Shown here piece after piece: positions 1-10,637 of a stretch of DNA of 64,000 nucleotides (within the stretch, counting starts at the first letter, position 1; each line of letters opens with the position of its first letter). The notes beneath the pieces are model-generated. The model saw only the letters and a list, made by a program, of their open reading frames with translations. It was not told the origin of the DNA and did not search any database. Source of the DNA: an uncultured Trueperaceae bacterium (lineage in GTDB: Bacteria; Deinococcota; Deinococci; Deinococcales; Trueperaceae); contig CAWCXJ010000013.1 of assembly GCA_963799485.1 (NCBI GenBank), positions 320,001-384,000 of the forward strand, in the 5' to 3' direction. A program made the translations under genes and the position numbers.

Positions 1-223
1 AAGCGGTGTGTAAGAAGCGTGTAAGAACGCGCCGGGTATGGTTTGGACAGGGTTACGCGCCCGTCCTCTTACACCTTCTCTCCCTTTGCTCACGTCGTCC
101 CGGCGCGACCCCTTACCCTCGGTTTTACCGCCGAGGGTTGACTTTTGGCCCGGGATGGCGAAGTGCAAGAACTCGGCGGCGAAACCGGGGCCCGTGAGCC
201 GGGGCCTGTGAGATAGTAAAGAT

Positions 224-1342
224 ATGCGTTTCTTATGCGGTGTTTTGTGCAGCTTTTTGTGGGGCTTTTTGTGGGGTGGGGTGAGCGCGCAGACGTTTCG
301 CGTGGGCGCGGTGTTGCCGCTAAGTGGTGACGCAGCGCGGACAGGCCAGGTTGCAGCAGCGGCGCTTGGAGCATCGGCGGAAACCCTGCTCGGAGCCGGG
401 ATAACTGTCGAACTTGCCGTTTTAGACAGCGAAAGTAGCGCTTTTTACGCTGCGGCTCAAGCAAAAACCTTAATTACTTCAGGTGTTCACGCGCTTCTTT
501 GTTGCGAGAGTGGGGAAGTGGCGGCTTGAGTTGCCCCCATCGTCACAGCTGCGGGCGTGCCGATGCTGAGCCTTGCACCGGTAACAGAGAACAGCACTCA
601 GGTCTTTTCGCTCGCAGCGAGTGACGCGCAGGTTTTACGGCGGCTGGCGCTAGAACCTCCCCAGGCACCGCTGGCACTGATGGCTCCGGTAGGCGACCCC
701 GGCGACCTGGCGAAGGAAATCCTTGGAAGCGCAAGCGCCGGCGTCGTCCGGTATCCGGCAGCGCGCATACCGCTGACCCCTGAAGCGCTCCTCATTGCAA
801 CCCGTGAACCCGGCAGCGTCGTGATTTGGGACGGTGCAGCGGGAACTTTACGGGCCGCCGAAGCACTCTCGGCGCGCGGTTTTGCGGGCGTGCGCGTCGT
901 GCGGGCCGAGGTCTGGGGTGAGCTTGACGCGCTCGAGCGGGCTGAACTGACCGGCGCACTCAGCGTCGTCAGCCCGGCAGTTCTGGGTTACAGGCTCCCC
1001 GACACGCATCCCTCCAAAGAGGAAGTCTCGCGCTTCCGGCGGGCGCTGCGCGAGGTAATCCTCGAGAGTTCGGACGCAGAAACCGTCGCTACAGCAGCCG
1101 AAGCGTGGGACGCGGCGCAGCTTTTAGGTGCCGCCGCCGAACAGGTGCTGACCTATGCGGGCTCAGCCGACCTCACGGTAGCGGCGGTTCGGGGTGCCCT
1201 GCGCGACGCGCTTGTCGGTCTAGGGCCGGTCGTCGGCGCGGGTGGCAGTTACGATTTTTCGGGTGAAAGCGGGTCGGGACTGCTCGCCGATTCGCTGGTA
1301 CTGGCGGTGTGGCGCAGCGGACGCTTTTTTCCGTATCCCTGA
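224..1342 (+). pseudogene. ABC transporter substrate-binding protein (branched-chain amino acid/LivJ-like fold) interrupted by one in-frame TGA at 527-529
   Basis: ORFs 224..529 and 557..1342 are in the same frame. Signal peptide then 'FRVGAVLPLSG', and reading through TGA gives 'EVAA*VAPIVTAAGVPMLSLA', typical of type I periplasmic binding proteins. Confidence 0.7.
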
Positions 1343-1414
1343 AAATTCTTCCGGGCGCGCACGCAGCAGCGCGGGCCGACGGTCAAACGCGGCGTAAAGA
1401 GTAGACTGTCTCTA

Positions 1415-2497
1415 ATGATCGAGAAGCTTCAAACCCTGACCGAAGAGTACGAGATGCTCGAGGCGTCTTTGGGAGACCCCAAACTCCTAAACGACCAGAC
1501 CCGTTACCGCGAGACGATGCAACGTTACAGCGAGCTGCAGAGTATCGTCCGCGCCTTTGAAACCTATCAAGACATCCTGAGTAGCATCGACAATGCCCGC
1601 GAAGCCCTCGCCGAGCCTGAGTTAGAAGAGCTGGCGAGAGAAGAACTCGCAGAACTCGAGCTGCAAAAAGCGGCGCAGGAAACGCGGCTCGAGGCTCTAC
1701 TCCTGCCCAAAGACCCGTTCGACGACAAAAACGTCATCGTCGAGATTCGCGCTGCAGCGGGCGGCGACGAAGCCTCTTTGTTCGCCGCCGAGGTCTTCGA
1801 GATGTACGGGCGTTACGCCGCCGAACTCGGCTTCAAGTCCGAAGTTCTAGACACCTACCCGAGCAGCGTCGGCGGGTTCTCCAAGGTGAGTTTTGAAATT
1901 ACCGGACGCGGCGCGTACAGCAAGTTCAAGTTCGAGTCGGGTGTCCACCGGGTTCAGCGCGTGCCCGCGACCGAAACGCAGGGGCGCATCCATACGAGTA
2001 CGATTACGGTGGCCGTGTTGCCCGAAGCCGAAGACGTCGATTTCGCCCTTGCCCCCGCCGACTACCGCGTCGATGTGTACCGCAGTAGCGGCCCCGGCGG
2101 GCAGAGCGTCAACACCACCGATTCGGCGGTCAGAATTACCTACAAACCCGGCACGCCGGACGAAATCATCGTCACGTGTCAGGACGGTAAATCGCAGATT
2201 AAAAACAAAGAAAAAGCGCTGACGGTTTTACGGGCGCGGCTTCTGGAACGCGAACGCGAAAAGGCTGCCGCCGAAGCGCGTGAGGCGCGTTTAGTCCAAA
2301 TTGGTACAGGCGACCGTTCTGAACGTATCCGCACCTACAACTTTCCGCAGTCACGTATCACTGACCACCGTGTTGGCTACACGACGAATAATCTCAGTCA
2401 AGTGCTGTCAGGAAATCTCGACGAACTCACCCAAGCCCTCGCAAACGCCGAACAGCAGGAGCGTCTCGGGCAGATGGCTTACGGTGGCGCGGCGTGA
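1415..2497 (+). CDS. prfA: Peptide chain release factor 1
   Basis: GGQ motif (GPGGQSVNTTDSAVR), PAT tripeptide in 'RVQRVPATETQGRIHTS', 'RSERIRTYNFPQSR'. Confidence 0.98.
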   Translation: MIEKLQTLTEEYEMLEASLGDPKLLNDQTRYRETMQRYSELQSIVRAFETYQDILSSIDNAREALAEPELEELAREELAELELQKAAQETRLEALLLPKDPFDDKNVIVEIRAAAGGDEASLFAAEVFEMYGRYAAELGFKSEVLDTYPSSVGGFSKVSFEITGRGAYSKFKFESGVHRVQRVPATETQGRIHTSTITVAVLPEAEDVDFALAPADYRVDVYRSSGPGGQSVNTTDSAVRITYKPGTPDEIIVTCQDGKSQIKNKEKALTVLRARLLEREREKAAAEAREARLVQIGTGDRSERIRTYNFPQSRITDHRVGYTTNNLSQVLSGNLDELTQALANAEQQERLGQMAYGGAA

Positions 2498-2957
2498 GTT
2501 TGTCGTTGCCGCCGCCATACTGCTCGACGCACGCGGTCGGGTTCTGCTGGTAGGCAACGACTGGCAAGGGTTTGGAAACGTCCGTTATACGCTCCCCGGC
2601 GGGGTCGTCGAACGCGGCGAATCGACACTCGACGCCCTTTCACGCGAAGTGATGGAAGAGACCGGGCTTAAAGTCACCCGGATCGAGCATTTGGCGTATT
2701 CGGTGCACGTCGAAGATGTGCGCCGCAACGATCGGGCGTTGTCGTTTGCCTTCGTCGCTGCTTATGATGGGCTCCTAAACCCTCGAGACCCGGACGGCTT
2801 TATCGTCGAGGCGCGTTTTTTTCCGGTCGAAGAGGTTGAGCAGATGATTCCGATCATGCCGATACGTGAACCACTTGCCAACTACCTAAGGGATGGTAAA
2901 ACAGGCAGGTTCTACGCGTATGCCGGGTGGGACGGACGGGGAGGAAAAAGTGTATGA
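2484..2957 (+). CDS. NUDIX hydrolase
   Basis: Nudix box 'GGVVERGESTLDALSREVMEETG'; GTG start overlapping the prfA end. Confidence 0.9.
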   Translation: MARREFVVAAAILLDARGRVLLVGNDWQGFGNVRYTLPGGVVERGESTLDALSREVMEETGLKVTRIEHLAYSVHVEDVRRNDRALSFAFVAAYDGLLNPRDPDGFIVEARFFPVEEVEQMIPIMPIREPLANYLRDGKTGRFYAYAGWDGRGGKSV

Positions 2958-3331
2958 GTGATTACGGGCCGAGAGGCGGTACTTTTAGAGCGGACTACGC
3001 GCGGGAATTACGCGAGTTGCGCCGCTTCGCGCACCTGTTGGACGAAGCGTTCCGCATTCCGGTGATCGGTTACCGGGTCGGCTTGGAGCCTATTTTGGGT
3101 CTCGTCCCCATCATTGGTGACGTAAGCGGGTTTTTGCTTTCGGGCTACCTGATCGTGCGGGCGGCGCGTCTCGGGCTGCCCCGGGCACTGGTCTCTAAGA
3201 TGATTTTCAACGCTGTTCTGGACGCGTCTATCGGCAGTATCCCCATCGTAGGCGACATCTTCGACTTTTTCTGGAAGGTCAACAAACGCAACATGCGCCT
3301 CGTCGAACGCTACTTGGCGGCGCGTGCCTAG
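2954..3331 (+). CDS. DUF4112-family membrane protein (copy 1)
   Basis: 'LLDEAFRIP..YRVGLEPILGLVPIIGD...GSIPIVGDIFDFFWKVNKRN' pattern; ATGA overlap with the NUDIX stop. Confidence 0.85.
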   Translation: MSDYGPRGGTFRADYARELRELRRFAHLLDEAFRIPVIGYRVGLEPILGLVPIIGDVSGFLLSGYLIVRAARLGLPRALVSKMIFNAVLDASIGSIPIVGDIFDFFWKVNKRNMRLVERYLAARA

Positions 3332-3842
3332 CCCTAAATACAGTTCCAAGGCCGGAATCAACACACCAGACCGGAGCCGGAGAGTTGCGCGGCTCCGGTC
3401 GCTCAGCCGCTTGCTCGACAGTTCGGTGCGGCTGCCCATTATCGGCTATCGCGTCGGGCTCGACCCGATTATCGGTCTGATTCCGGGGTTTGGCGACGCG
3501 GTGACGCTGCTGCCGGCAGGCTATATCATTTTGGAAGCGTACCGCTTGGGCGTGCCGCGCCGCACCGTTACGAGAATGGCGCTTAACGTCGGTATCGAAA
3601 CGCTTTTCGGCAGCGTACCTGTTTTAGGCGACATCTTCGACGCGGCTTTTAAGGCCAATACGCGCAACTTGTATCTGCTCGAGCGTCACCTCGGGCCACT
3701 CGGCGACAAACCGCTGCAGCGCCCTTCGAACAAGGGTGTCACAGCCTTCTTAGGATTGGCTCTGCTACTCTCGCTTTTAGGCGTCGGGCTCGCCTTGTGG
3801 TTGGGCCTGTGGCTGTTTCGGAGGCTCGTAGCGGCCCTTTAG
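3324..3842 (+). CDS. DUF4112-family membrane protein (copy 2, extra C-terminal helix)
   Basis: 'LLDSSVRLP..YRVGLDPIIGLIPGFGD...GSVPVLGDIFDAAFKANTRN'. Confidence 0.88.
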   Translation: MPSPKYSSKAGINTPDRSRRVARLRSLSRLLDSSVRLPIIGYRVGLDPIIGLIPGFGDAVTLLPAGYIILEAYRLGVPRRTVTRMALNVGIETLFGSVPVLGDIFDAAFKANTRNLYLLERHLGPLGDKPLQRPSNKGVTAFLGLALLLSLLGVGLALWLGLWLFRRLVAAL

Positions 3843-3959
3843 CGCTACTGGCTACAGAGTCGGTTGGTAATAACGTGTATGTACCCTTTACGACACGGGC
3901 TTTTGCAGCCGACAGGTAGGGTAGCTTTTACGGCGTTGTTGCGCCGGGAATGCGAAGTT

Positions 3960-4970
3960 ATGAACAAATTAAACTTTATCTACGTTGCTGCATTTACCGG
4001 CCTGCTGACACTTGGCGCGTGCAACAGCACAACCGTTTCAGCGCCGCCGGAGCCCCAACCCGTCGCGCCTGACCTCTCGAACCTCGAGGTTTCAGCCGCC
4101 AACGCCGGCGAACTGATCTTCTCGAGCGTCAAGGGTACGCCCAGCGACGCGAAAACGATCACGCTTAAAAATATCGGCGACGCGCCCTTGGACCTCGCGG
4201 CGCTCGCGCTGACCGGGCCGGACGCCGAGGCTTTTACCGTCTCGCTACCGGGATTGCCCACTCGGATAAAACCCGGCGGCGTACTCGAGGCCGCTGTCAC
4301 GTTCGTACCGGGTTCGGCGGGCAGCAAAAGCGCCGAGGTGCAGATTGTCAGCGGCAACGTCCAAGCCCCCGGTATCGGGCTTTACGGCCTTGGCAGCGAA
4401 GGCGAGCAGGGCGAAAACGAGCCGACCCTACAGCAGATTGTCGATACGCTCGGCTACAAAGTCGACGTCGGTAACAGCGAGCTCGGGTTGGGCAGCGGAG
4501 ACGCACCTATCGGTGACGAGGTGCTTGCTCCCCTTTTTGTCAAGGCGGGGAGTGGGCAGGTCAAGCTCGAGGTCGTCGCCCGCTACGACCCTGAAAAACA
4601 GCTGCCTTACGGCTTTTTTGTTCTCGACGCGGCGCAGCCGGTCAAGCAGCAGGTCGGGCTTATCGCGGCGTCCGAAACGCAGAAGCTGCTGCCGGTACGG
4701 GCTTCGGGTGGCGCCTATTTCGACCCCGGCGACGTCCCCTTCGGTATCTACGGGTATGCTGGCGGCAGGGTTCAGTACAGCCTCGACAGGCTCAACACCG
4801 GCAGCATTGCCCACGCGCTGCGCGTTTATCCAATGGTAGATAGGGACGGCGTTCGTGTTCCCAACGCTTTTTTGATCGGCCTCGAGGAGGCTAAAAACGG
4901 TGACTATCAGGACGCTTTGTTTACCATTAGAAATGTCAGGGTTGCGCAAAACGCTGCGTCCACGCCCTAA
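3960..4970 (+). CDS. Lipoprotein with Ig-like (choice-of-anchor D/ASH-like) domain
   Basis: Lipobox 'LGAC'; 'TITLKNIGDAPLDL..L.LTGPDAEAF' Ig-like motif; C-terminal 'NGDYQD'. Confidence 0.7.
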   Translation: MNKLNFIYVAAFTGLLTLGACNSTTVSAPPEPQPVAPDLSNLEVSAANAGELIFSSVKGTPSDAKTITLKNIGDAPLDLAALALTGPDAEAFTVSLPGLPTRIKPGGVLEAAVTFVPGSAGSKSAEVQIVSGNVQAPGIGLYGLGSEGEQGENEPTLQQIVDTLGYKVDVGNSELGLGSGDAPIGDEVLAPLFVKAGSGQVKLEVVARYDPEKQLPYGFFVLDAAQPVKQQVGLIAASETQKLLPVRASGGAYFDPGDVPFGIYGYAGGRVQYSLDRLNTGSIAHALRVYPMVDRDGVRVPNAFLIGLEEAKNGDYQDALFTIRNVRVAQNAASTP

Positions 4971-5076
4971 ACTTTGCGCTAAAAAACTTTTTTTACCCTA
5001 GGCGTTTACAAAAGCTTCAGTTGCCGGACGTACCGTTGCGTTCGGCTTTGCCGACTCTTTGTGTAAAATCTAACAT

Positions 5077-6381
5077 ATGTCGGACACACCTATCTTCGTC
5101 GTCGGCGCGCCGCGTTCAGGGACGACGCTGCTCGCTTCGATGTTAGCGGGCCACAGCCGCATTGCCTGCGGCCCCGAAACCCAGTTTTTCAACAAGCTCT
5201 CCCCTAAACGGCTCGAGGCAGCGGTCAGCGACCCGGCGTGGCCCAACCGGGCGGTTAAACTCGTCACCTCGCTGAGGCTGGCAAATCAGCCGGTTGCCGC
5301 GCTGTTCGGTCACAGCGAGCACGGTGTAAGGGAGTTTTTGGAGGCAAGAGGTCCCGGCGTCGGAGTCATTTTAGAATCTTTGACGGCACTTTACGCGCTC
5401 GAGCAGGGCAAACCACGTTGGGCCGAAAAAACCCCCAACCATCTGTTGCACCTTCCGACCATTCGCGCAAGCTATCCACAAGCGCCGATTGTCCGCATCG
5501 TGCGCGACCCGCGTGACAGCGCCCTGTCGATGCGGCAATTGCCGTGGGCCAGCCCTTCGGCGCTCGCCAACAGCTATTTGTGGACGGCGTGGTTTAGCGA
5601 AAGCCAGCCGTTTTTCGAACGCGACCCGAATACCTTGACGCTACGTTACGAAGACCTCGTAAGCGCACCCGAAACGGTCTTGACGAGACTTTGCGCGTTT
5701 ATCGGGGAGACGTTCGAACCGGGGATGCTCGAGACCCAAAAAACCGGTCGAGGCGTCTCATCGCCCAATGAAAGCTGGAAAACCTCGAACACGCGCACAC
5801 TAGACCCCGGCCGAACGCAAGTCTGGCGAAAAGAAACCCCCGAGCTGCAGCGGGTGCTGAGCTGCGCTTGTGCGTCCGGTATCGAAGCGTTCGGTTATCC
5901 TCACCCCGTAAAAGCCGACGCGACGCTCAGCATTTACCCGCTCAACCCGCGCGCGGCAGAAGCGCACGAAGAGGTACTCTCAGACCTTTTGGCAGAAGGT
6001 GTCAGGCCGCTGGAAATGAAGCGCTTAAAGAACAAAGCCGAACTACTGTTCTTACCGAGTTTGCCAAAGGGTAAAAAGCTGCTCCCCGAACTTTTCAAGT
6101 TGGGGCGGTTGCTGCTTACCCGCCGCGTCAAGGGGCAAACGACGTATTATGTGCAGTCCGGTAAACCTGTGAGCTTACCCGAGCAAGTTCTGAAGACGCT
6201 GTGCCGGACGCTGGCGAGCCCTTACGCGCCCGCTACCGGAGCGAAACCCACCCCTCGGCTCACATCCCCCGGTCAGCCCGCTGCGCCGCTCGCGCCGCAT
6301 CTTCGTAGTCTGCCGCGAACTCAGTATGGGGCGGGACGCGTCAGGGCTCGGCCCAACCCGCGCGGACAAGCTCGAGACTGA
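5077..6381 (+). CDS. PAPS-dependent sulfotransferase family protein
   Basis: 5'-PSB loop 'GAPRSGTTLL', 'WAEKTP', 3'-PB 'RDPRDSALS', 'LRYEDLV'. The C-terminal ~40 aa overlap an antisense pseudogene. Confidence 0.88.
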   Translation: MSDTPIFVVGAPRSGTTLLASMLAGHSRIACGPETQFFNKLSPKRLEAAVSDPAWPNRAVKLVTSLRLANQPVAALFGHSEHGVREFLEARGPGVGVILESLTALYALEQGKPRWAEKTPNHLLHLPTIRASYPQAPIVRIVRDPRDSALSMRQLPWASPSALANSYLWTAWFSESQPFFERDPNTLTLRYEDLVSAPETVLTRLCAFIGETFEPGMLETQKTGRGVSSPNESWKTSNTRTLDPGRTQVWRKETPELQRVLSCACASGIEAFGYPHPVKADATLSIYPLNPRAAEAHEEVLSDLLAEGVRPLEMKRLKNKAELLFLPSLPKGKKLLPELFKLGRLLLTRRVKGQTTYYVQSGKPVSLPEQVLKTLCRTLASPYAPATGAKPTPRLTSPGQPAAPLAPHLRSLPRTQYGAGRVRARPNPRGQARD

Positions 6382-6622
6382 CCTGCGAAAACGCCGCGCT
6401 GCCAAAGGCCCTGTCGCTGTCCGGGTCGGGTCGATAGTACGCCAGAAGCCGCCCGTAACGGTCACGCTCGGTTCCGGGTTGCACGTAAACTTCGCGGCCT
6501 TCTAAAAGCACGTCCGCAAACGCACTCGCCTGCTCCAAATAACGCGCCAGGTCGCGTAAAACCGGTACCCGGTCGCCTGAGCGCGGCGCTGCGCCGAGGG
6601 CGACAAACGACAAGACGACCAA
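6260..6622 (-). pseudogene. Thermonuclease (SNase-like) pseudogene
   Basis: 'RDRYGRLLAY...LELVRAGWA' motif, then in-frame TGA (6341-6343), continuing 'RVPPHTEFAADYEDAARAAQRADRGM*' where the family has G-[LM]-W (TGG changed to TGA at 6260-6262). Confidence 0.75.
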
Positions 6623-6804
6623 CCGGCGGCTAGCCGTGCGGCGGTTGCGTTGCAGCTTGTCCGGTCACGCGCTAAAACTTGAAGACAGGCAAAAAAGTAC
6701 GTACCTGTTTTTGGCGTAGACGGCGTGGATTTATAGTAGTGCGCAAGTTTTGGGGAGCTCAAACTTCAAGCCTCGAGCCCCCTCATCACGCAACCACGTC
6801 AAGA

Positions 6805-8070
<1,266 letters not shown>

Positions 8071-8259
8071 TCTCCTTAGGGGGCTACGCTGAAACGCACC
8101 CCGATGTTTAATTGGCCTGCACTGACCTGCGTAGCTTATGCTCTGCGTGAGTAGAGTCTATCATGAGGTTTCGTTGCCGGATTTGACCCTTTTACGCGGT
8201 TTAGGGAAGTAAACCCTGTTAAGCGGCCTATACCTCACACTTGTTGGTAGCATAGGGGT

Positions 8260-9486
8260 GTGAGGTATCAGGGCCGATTTCCAACGCAGATCGCTGTCAC
8301 GGCGGCGCTTACCATTCTCCGGCAACACGCACCGAGGCTGGGAGCCGAACAAGTCGCACTACAAGAAGCTTTAGGCCGGACGCTTGCAGGAGACTTGGGG
8401 AGCCCCGTAAACCATCCGACGCTCGACAATTCCGCGCTAGACGGCTACGCCTGCCGCGCAGCGGACACCGTAAACGCAACGCCGGCGACTCCCGTGTCCC
8501 TGCGAGTTATCGGTGACATTCCGGCAGGCAGCGTCTTTTACGGTGAGGTCGGGCACGGCGAAGCGGTCGGCATCTATACCGGCGCGCCCATACCCAAGGG
8601 AGCGGACGCGATCATCGGGGTGGAGTTTACGAAGGTTTTGGAGGAACAGGTGCAGCTGAGTCGCCCCGCCAGCACGGGCGACATCCGGCCCAAAGCGCAG
8701 GATTTACGGCGCGGCGAGGTTTATCTTAAAAAAGGGCAGCGGTTAAGTGAAGCGGCAGTCGGGATTGCGGCGGCGATGGGTTACGCTACCGTGCCGGTCG
8801 TCAAACGTCCCCGCGTCGGTATCTTGGCGACCGGCGACGAACTCGCCGAACCGGGGCAGCCGCTCCGGGACGCTCAGGTCTACAACTCGAACGCCTACGC
8901 TCTAGCTGCATTAGTAACAAGTGCAGGTGGCGAAGCAGTGCGTTTGCCCAACGTGAAAGACGATTTGAAACTCTTGGAAGCTAGTTTGGACGGCCTCCAA
9001 CTCGACCTCTTGCTCACGAGTGGCGGCGTCTCGATGGGCCGTTACGACTTCGTTCGTGATTTGCTCTTTGAAAAAGGCACCGTCTATTTCTGGAAAGTCG
9101 CCATGAAACCGGGCGGGCCGGTCCTGTTCGGGCGTTACGGCGACCTGCCGCTTTTGGGGTTACCGGGCAACCCGGTCTCGAGCCTCGTCGTGTTCAGGCT
9201 CTTGGGTGAGGCATTTTTGGGAGCCGCCCTGGGAAGTACGGAAGCTCTCCCCTACTATCGGCGCAGACCCGCTTACGCTGCCACGCCGTTTAAGGGTTCG
9301 GGATTTAAGGAGACGTTCGCCCGCGTAACGCTTCACTACGACGCCGATGGGCGCACCCAGGCCAGCAGCACCGGCAACCAGAGCTCGGGCGTTTTACGTT
9401 CACTGCTGTTAGCCGACGCGCTCGCGGTGGTTCCGCCCCACACGAACGTCGAAGTTGGGGAGCGGCTCGAGGTCATGCCTTTTTGA
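8260..9486 (+). CDS. moeA: Molybdopterin molybdotransferase
   Basis: 'DNSALDGYA', 'TGAPIP', 'TGDEL', 'SGGVSMG', 'MKPGGP', 'LPGNPVS'. Confidence 0.95.
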   Translation: MRYQGRFPTQIAVTAALTILRQHAPRLGAEQVALQEALGRTLAGDLGSPVNHPTLDNSALDGYACRAADTVNATPATPVSLRVIGDIPAGSVFYGEVGHGEAVGIYTGAPIPKGADAIIGVEFTKVLEEQVQLSRPASTGDIRPKAQDLRRGEVYLKKGQRLSEAAVGIAAAMGYATVPVVKRPRVGILATGDELAEPGQPLRDAQVYNSNAYALAALVTSAGGEAVRLPNVKDDLKLLEASLDGLQLDLLLTSGGVSMGRYDFVRDLLFEKGTVYFWKVAMKPGGPVLFGRYGDLPLLGLPGNPVSSLVVFRLLGEAFLGAALGSTEALPYYRRRPAYAATPFKGSGFKETFARVTLHYDADGRTQASSTGNQSSGVLRSLLLADALAVVPPHTNVEVGERLEVMPF

Positions 9487-9554
9487 AAGTGCCGAAAAAC
9501 AGCGACCTTGTGTACAGACACTAAGGGTTCAGCGGCGAAGCGTAGAGTGTGGCG

Positions 9555-9850
9555 TATTCCTGAGATAGTACGAACCGAGACCACCGACCGCTGGCACACG
9601 ACCTTTCCCGGCACACGTCGGCGTGCTGCTGTCGGTGAGGTAGGCAATACGACGCGCTAGGCTTCACTGGGCGAAAAGAAGCGAGCAGTCGAGGCGTATT
9701 TGCGAGAAAACTTTGCCGGGTTGACCAGGGCTGAGTTGCACAAACTCGCGGCCTTAAAAGCTTACCGGACTTTTACAAACGTTTCGGCAACGCCTATCAT
9801 GTGCAGCTTCAGCTTGCGACCATTTCGCCAAAACATCCTGCTCTTCGCCC
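9555..9850 (+). pseudogene. Degraded B3/B4 (PheRS beta-like) domain protein remnant
   Basis: Fragments in different frames: 'TDRWHTTFPG', 'AHVGVLLS', 'EAYLRENFAG..RAEL..L..LKAY', 'YHVQLQL'. Resemblance to stand-alone B3/4 proteins is from memory. Confidence 0.4.
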
Positions 9851-9904
9851 TGAAAGCCGAGGCCGAACTGAGAGTTTACGCGGCGCACAGTCCCGGAGAC
9901 GCCC

Positions 9905-10510
9905 ATGCCTAGCCCGGAGTTTTTACCGACCTCGCTCGTCGTCGCCCTGATACCCGGCACCGGCGCGATCTATACGGTCTCGAGCGGGCTCTTTTACGGT
10001 CTCAGGGCAAGTATTGCCGCAGCGTTCGGTTGCACCCTGGGCGCCGTGCCGCATTTACTGGCAAGCGTTCTCGGACTGTCGCGCATCCTTCAATTGAGCA
10101 CCGCCCTTTTTCAAGGGCTCAAGTTTGCAGGGGCGCTGTACCTGCTCTACCTCGCCTGGATGATGTGGCGTGAACACGGTGCGCTCGCGTCCGCTTCAGC
10201 TACGCCCGAACGAAACACCGGGCAAATCATCGTAAAAGCTGTTCTCAACGTCTTAAATCCCAAACCGACGCTCTTCTTTTTTGCGTTTTTGCCGCTCGCT
10301 GTCTCACCGGAAGCCGCTTCACCGCCTGCTGAACTGCTGCTTTTGGGTTTTTTTATGCTCGTCACGTTCGTCGTTTTTCTCGGCTACAGCCTGCTGGCGA
10401 ACCACTCTCGCCAATATATCGTCGCTTCAAGGGGTATCGTCTGGCTGAAACGCACTTTTGCAGGGGCGTTTGCGGCGCTCGGCGTAAAGCTGGCGCTGAG
10501 CACCCGGTAA
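9905..10510 (+). CDS. LysE/RhtB family translocator
   Basis: 'ALIPGTG', 'LKFAGALYLLYLAW', 'LNPKP..FFFAFLP'; hydrophobic, ~200 aa. Confidence 0.85.
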   Translation: MPSPEFLPTSLVVALIPGTGAIYTVSSGLFYGLRASIAAAFGCTLGAVPHLLASVLGLSRILQLSTALFQGLKFAGALYLLYLAWMMWREHGALASASATPERNTGQIIVKAVLNVLNPKPTLFFFAFLPLAVSPEAASPPAELLLLGFFMLVTFVVFLGYSLLANHSRQYIVASRGIVWLKRTFAGAFAALGVKLALSTR

Positions 10511-10637
10511 AAGCACGCGGTAAAAACGCCCAGTAAAAACACCTGGTGAGCTGCGGGCGCGCAGCGCTTCGTTCCGGTTGCGGCTAGATGAGCCTGAATA
10601 CGCGGTTTCTAACCGTCGGCGCGTTAGACTGACGCTT

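Noticed and set aside
527..6343. TGA recoding (genetic code 4/25 or selenocysteine) suggested by in-frame TGAs at 527, 6260 and 6341
   Set aside because: TGA ends many intact genes here (prfA, moeA, GH2), and Trp is encoded by TGG throughout.
10507..10542. Three GTAAAA(A) repeats after the LysE gene
   Set aside because: Too short and degenerate to support a function.
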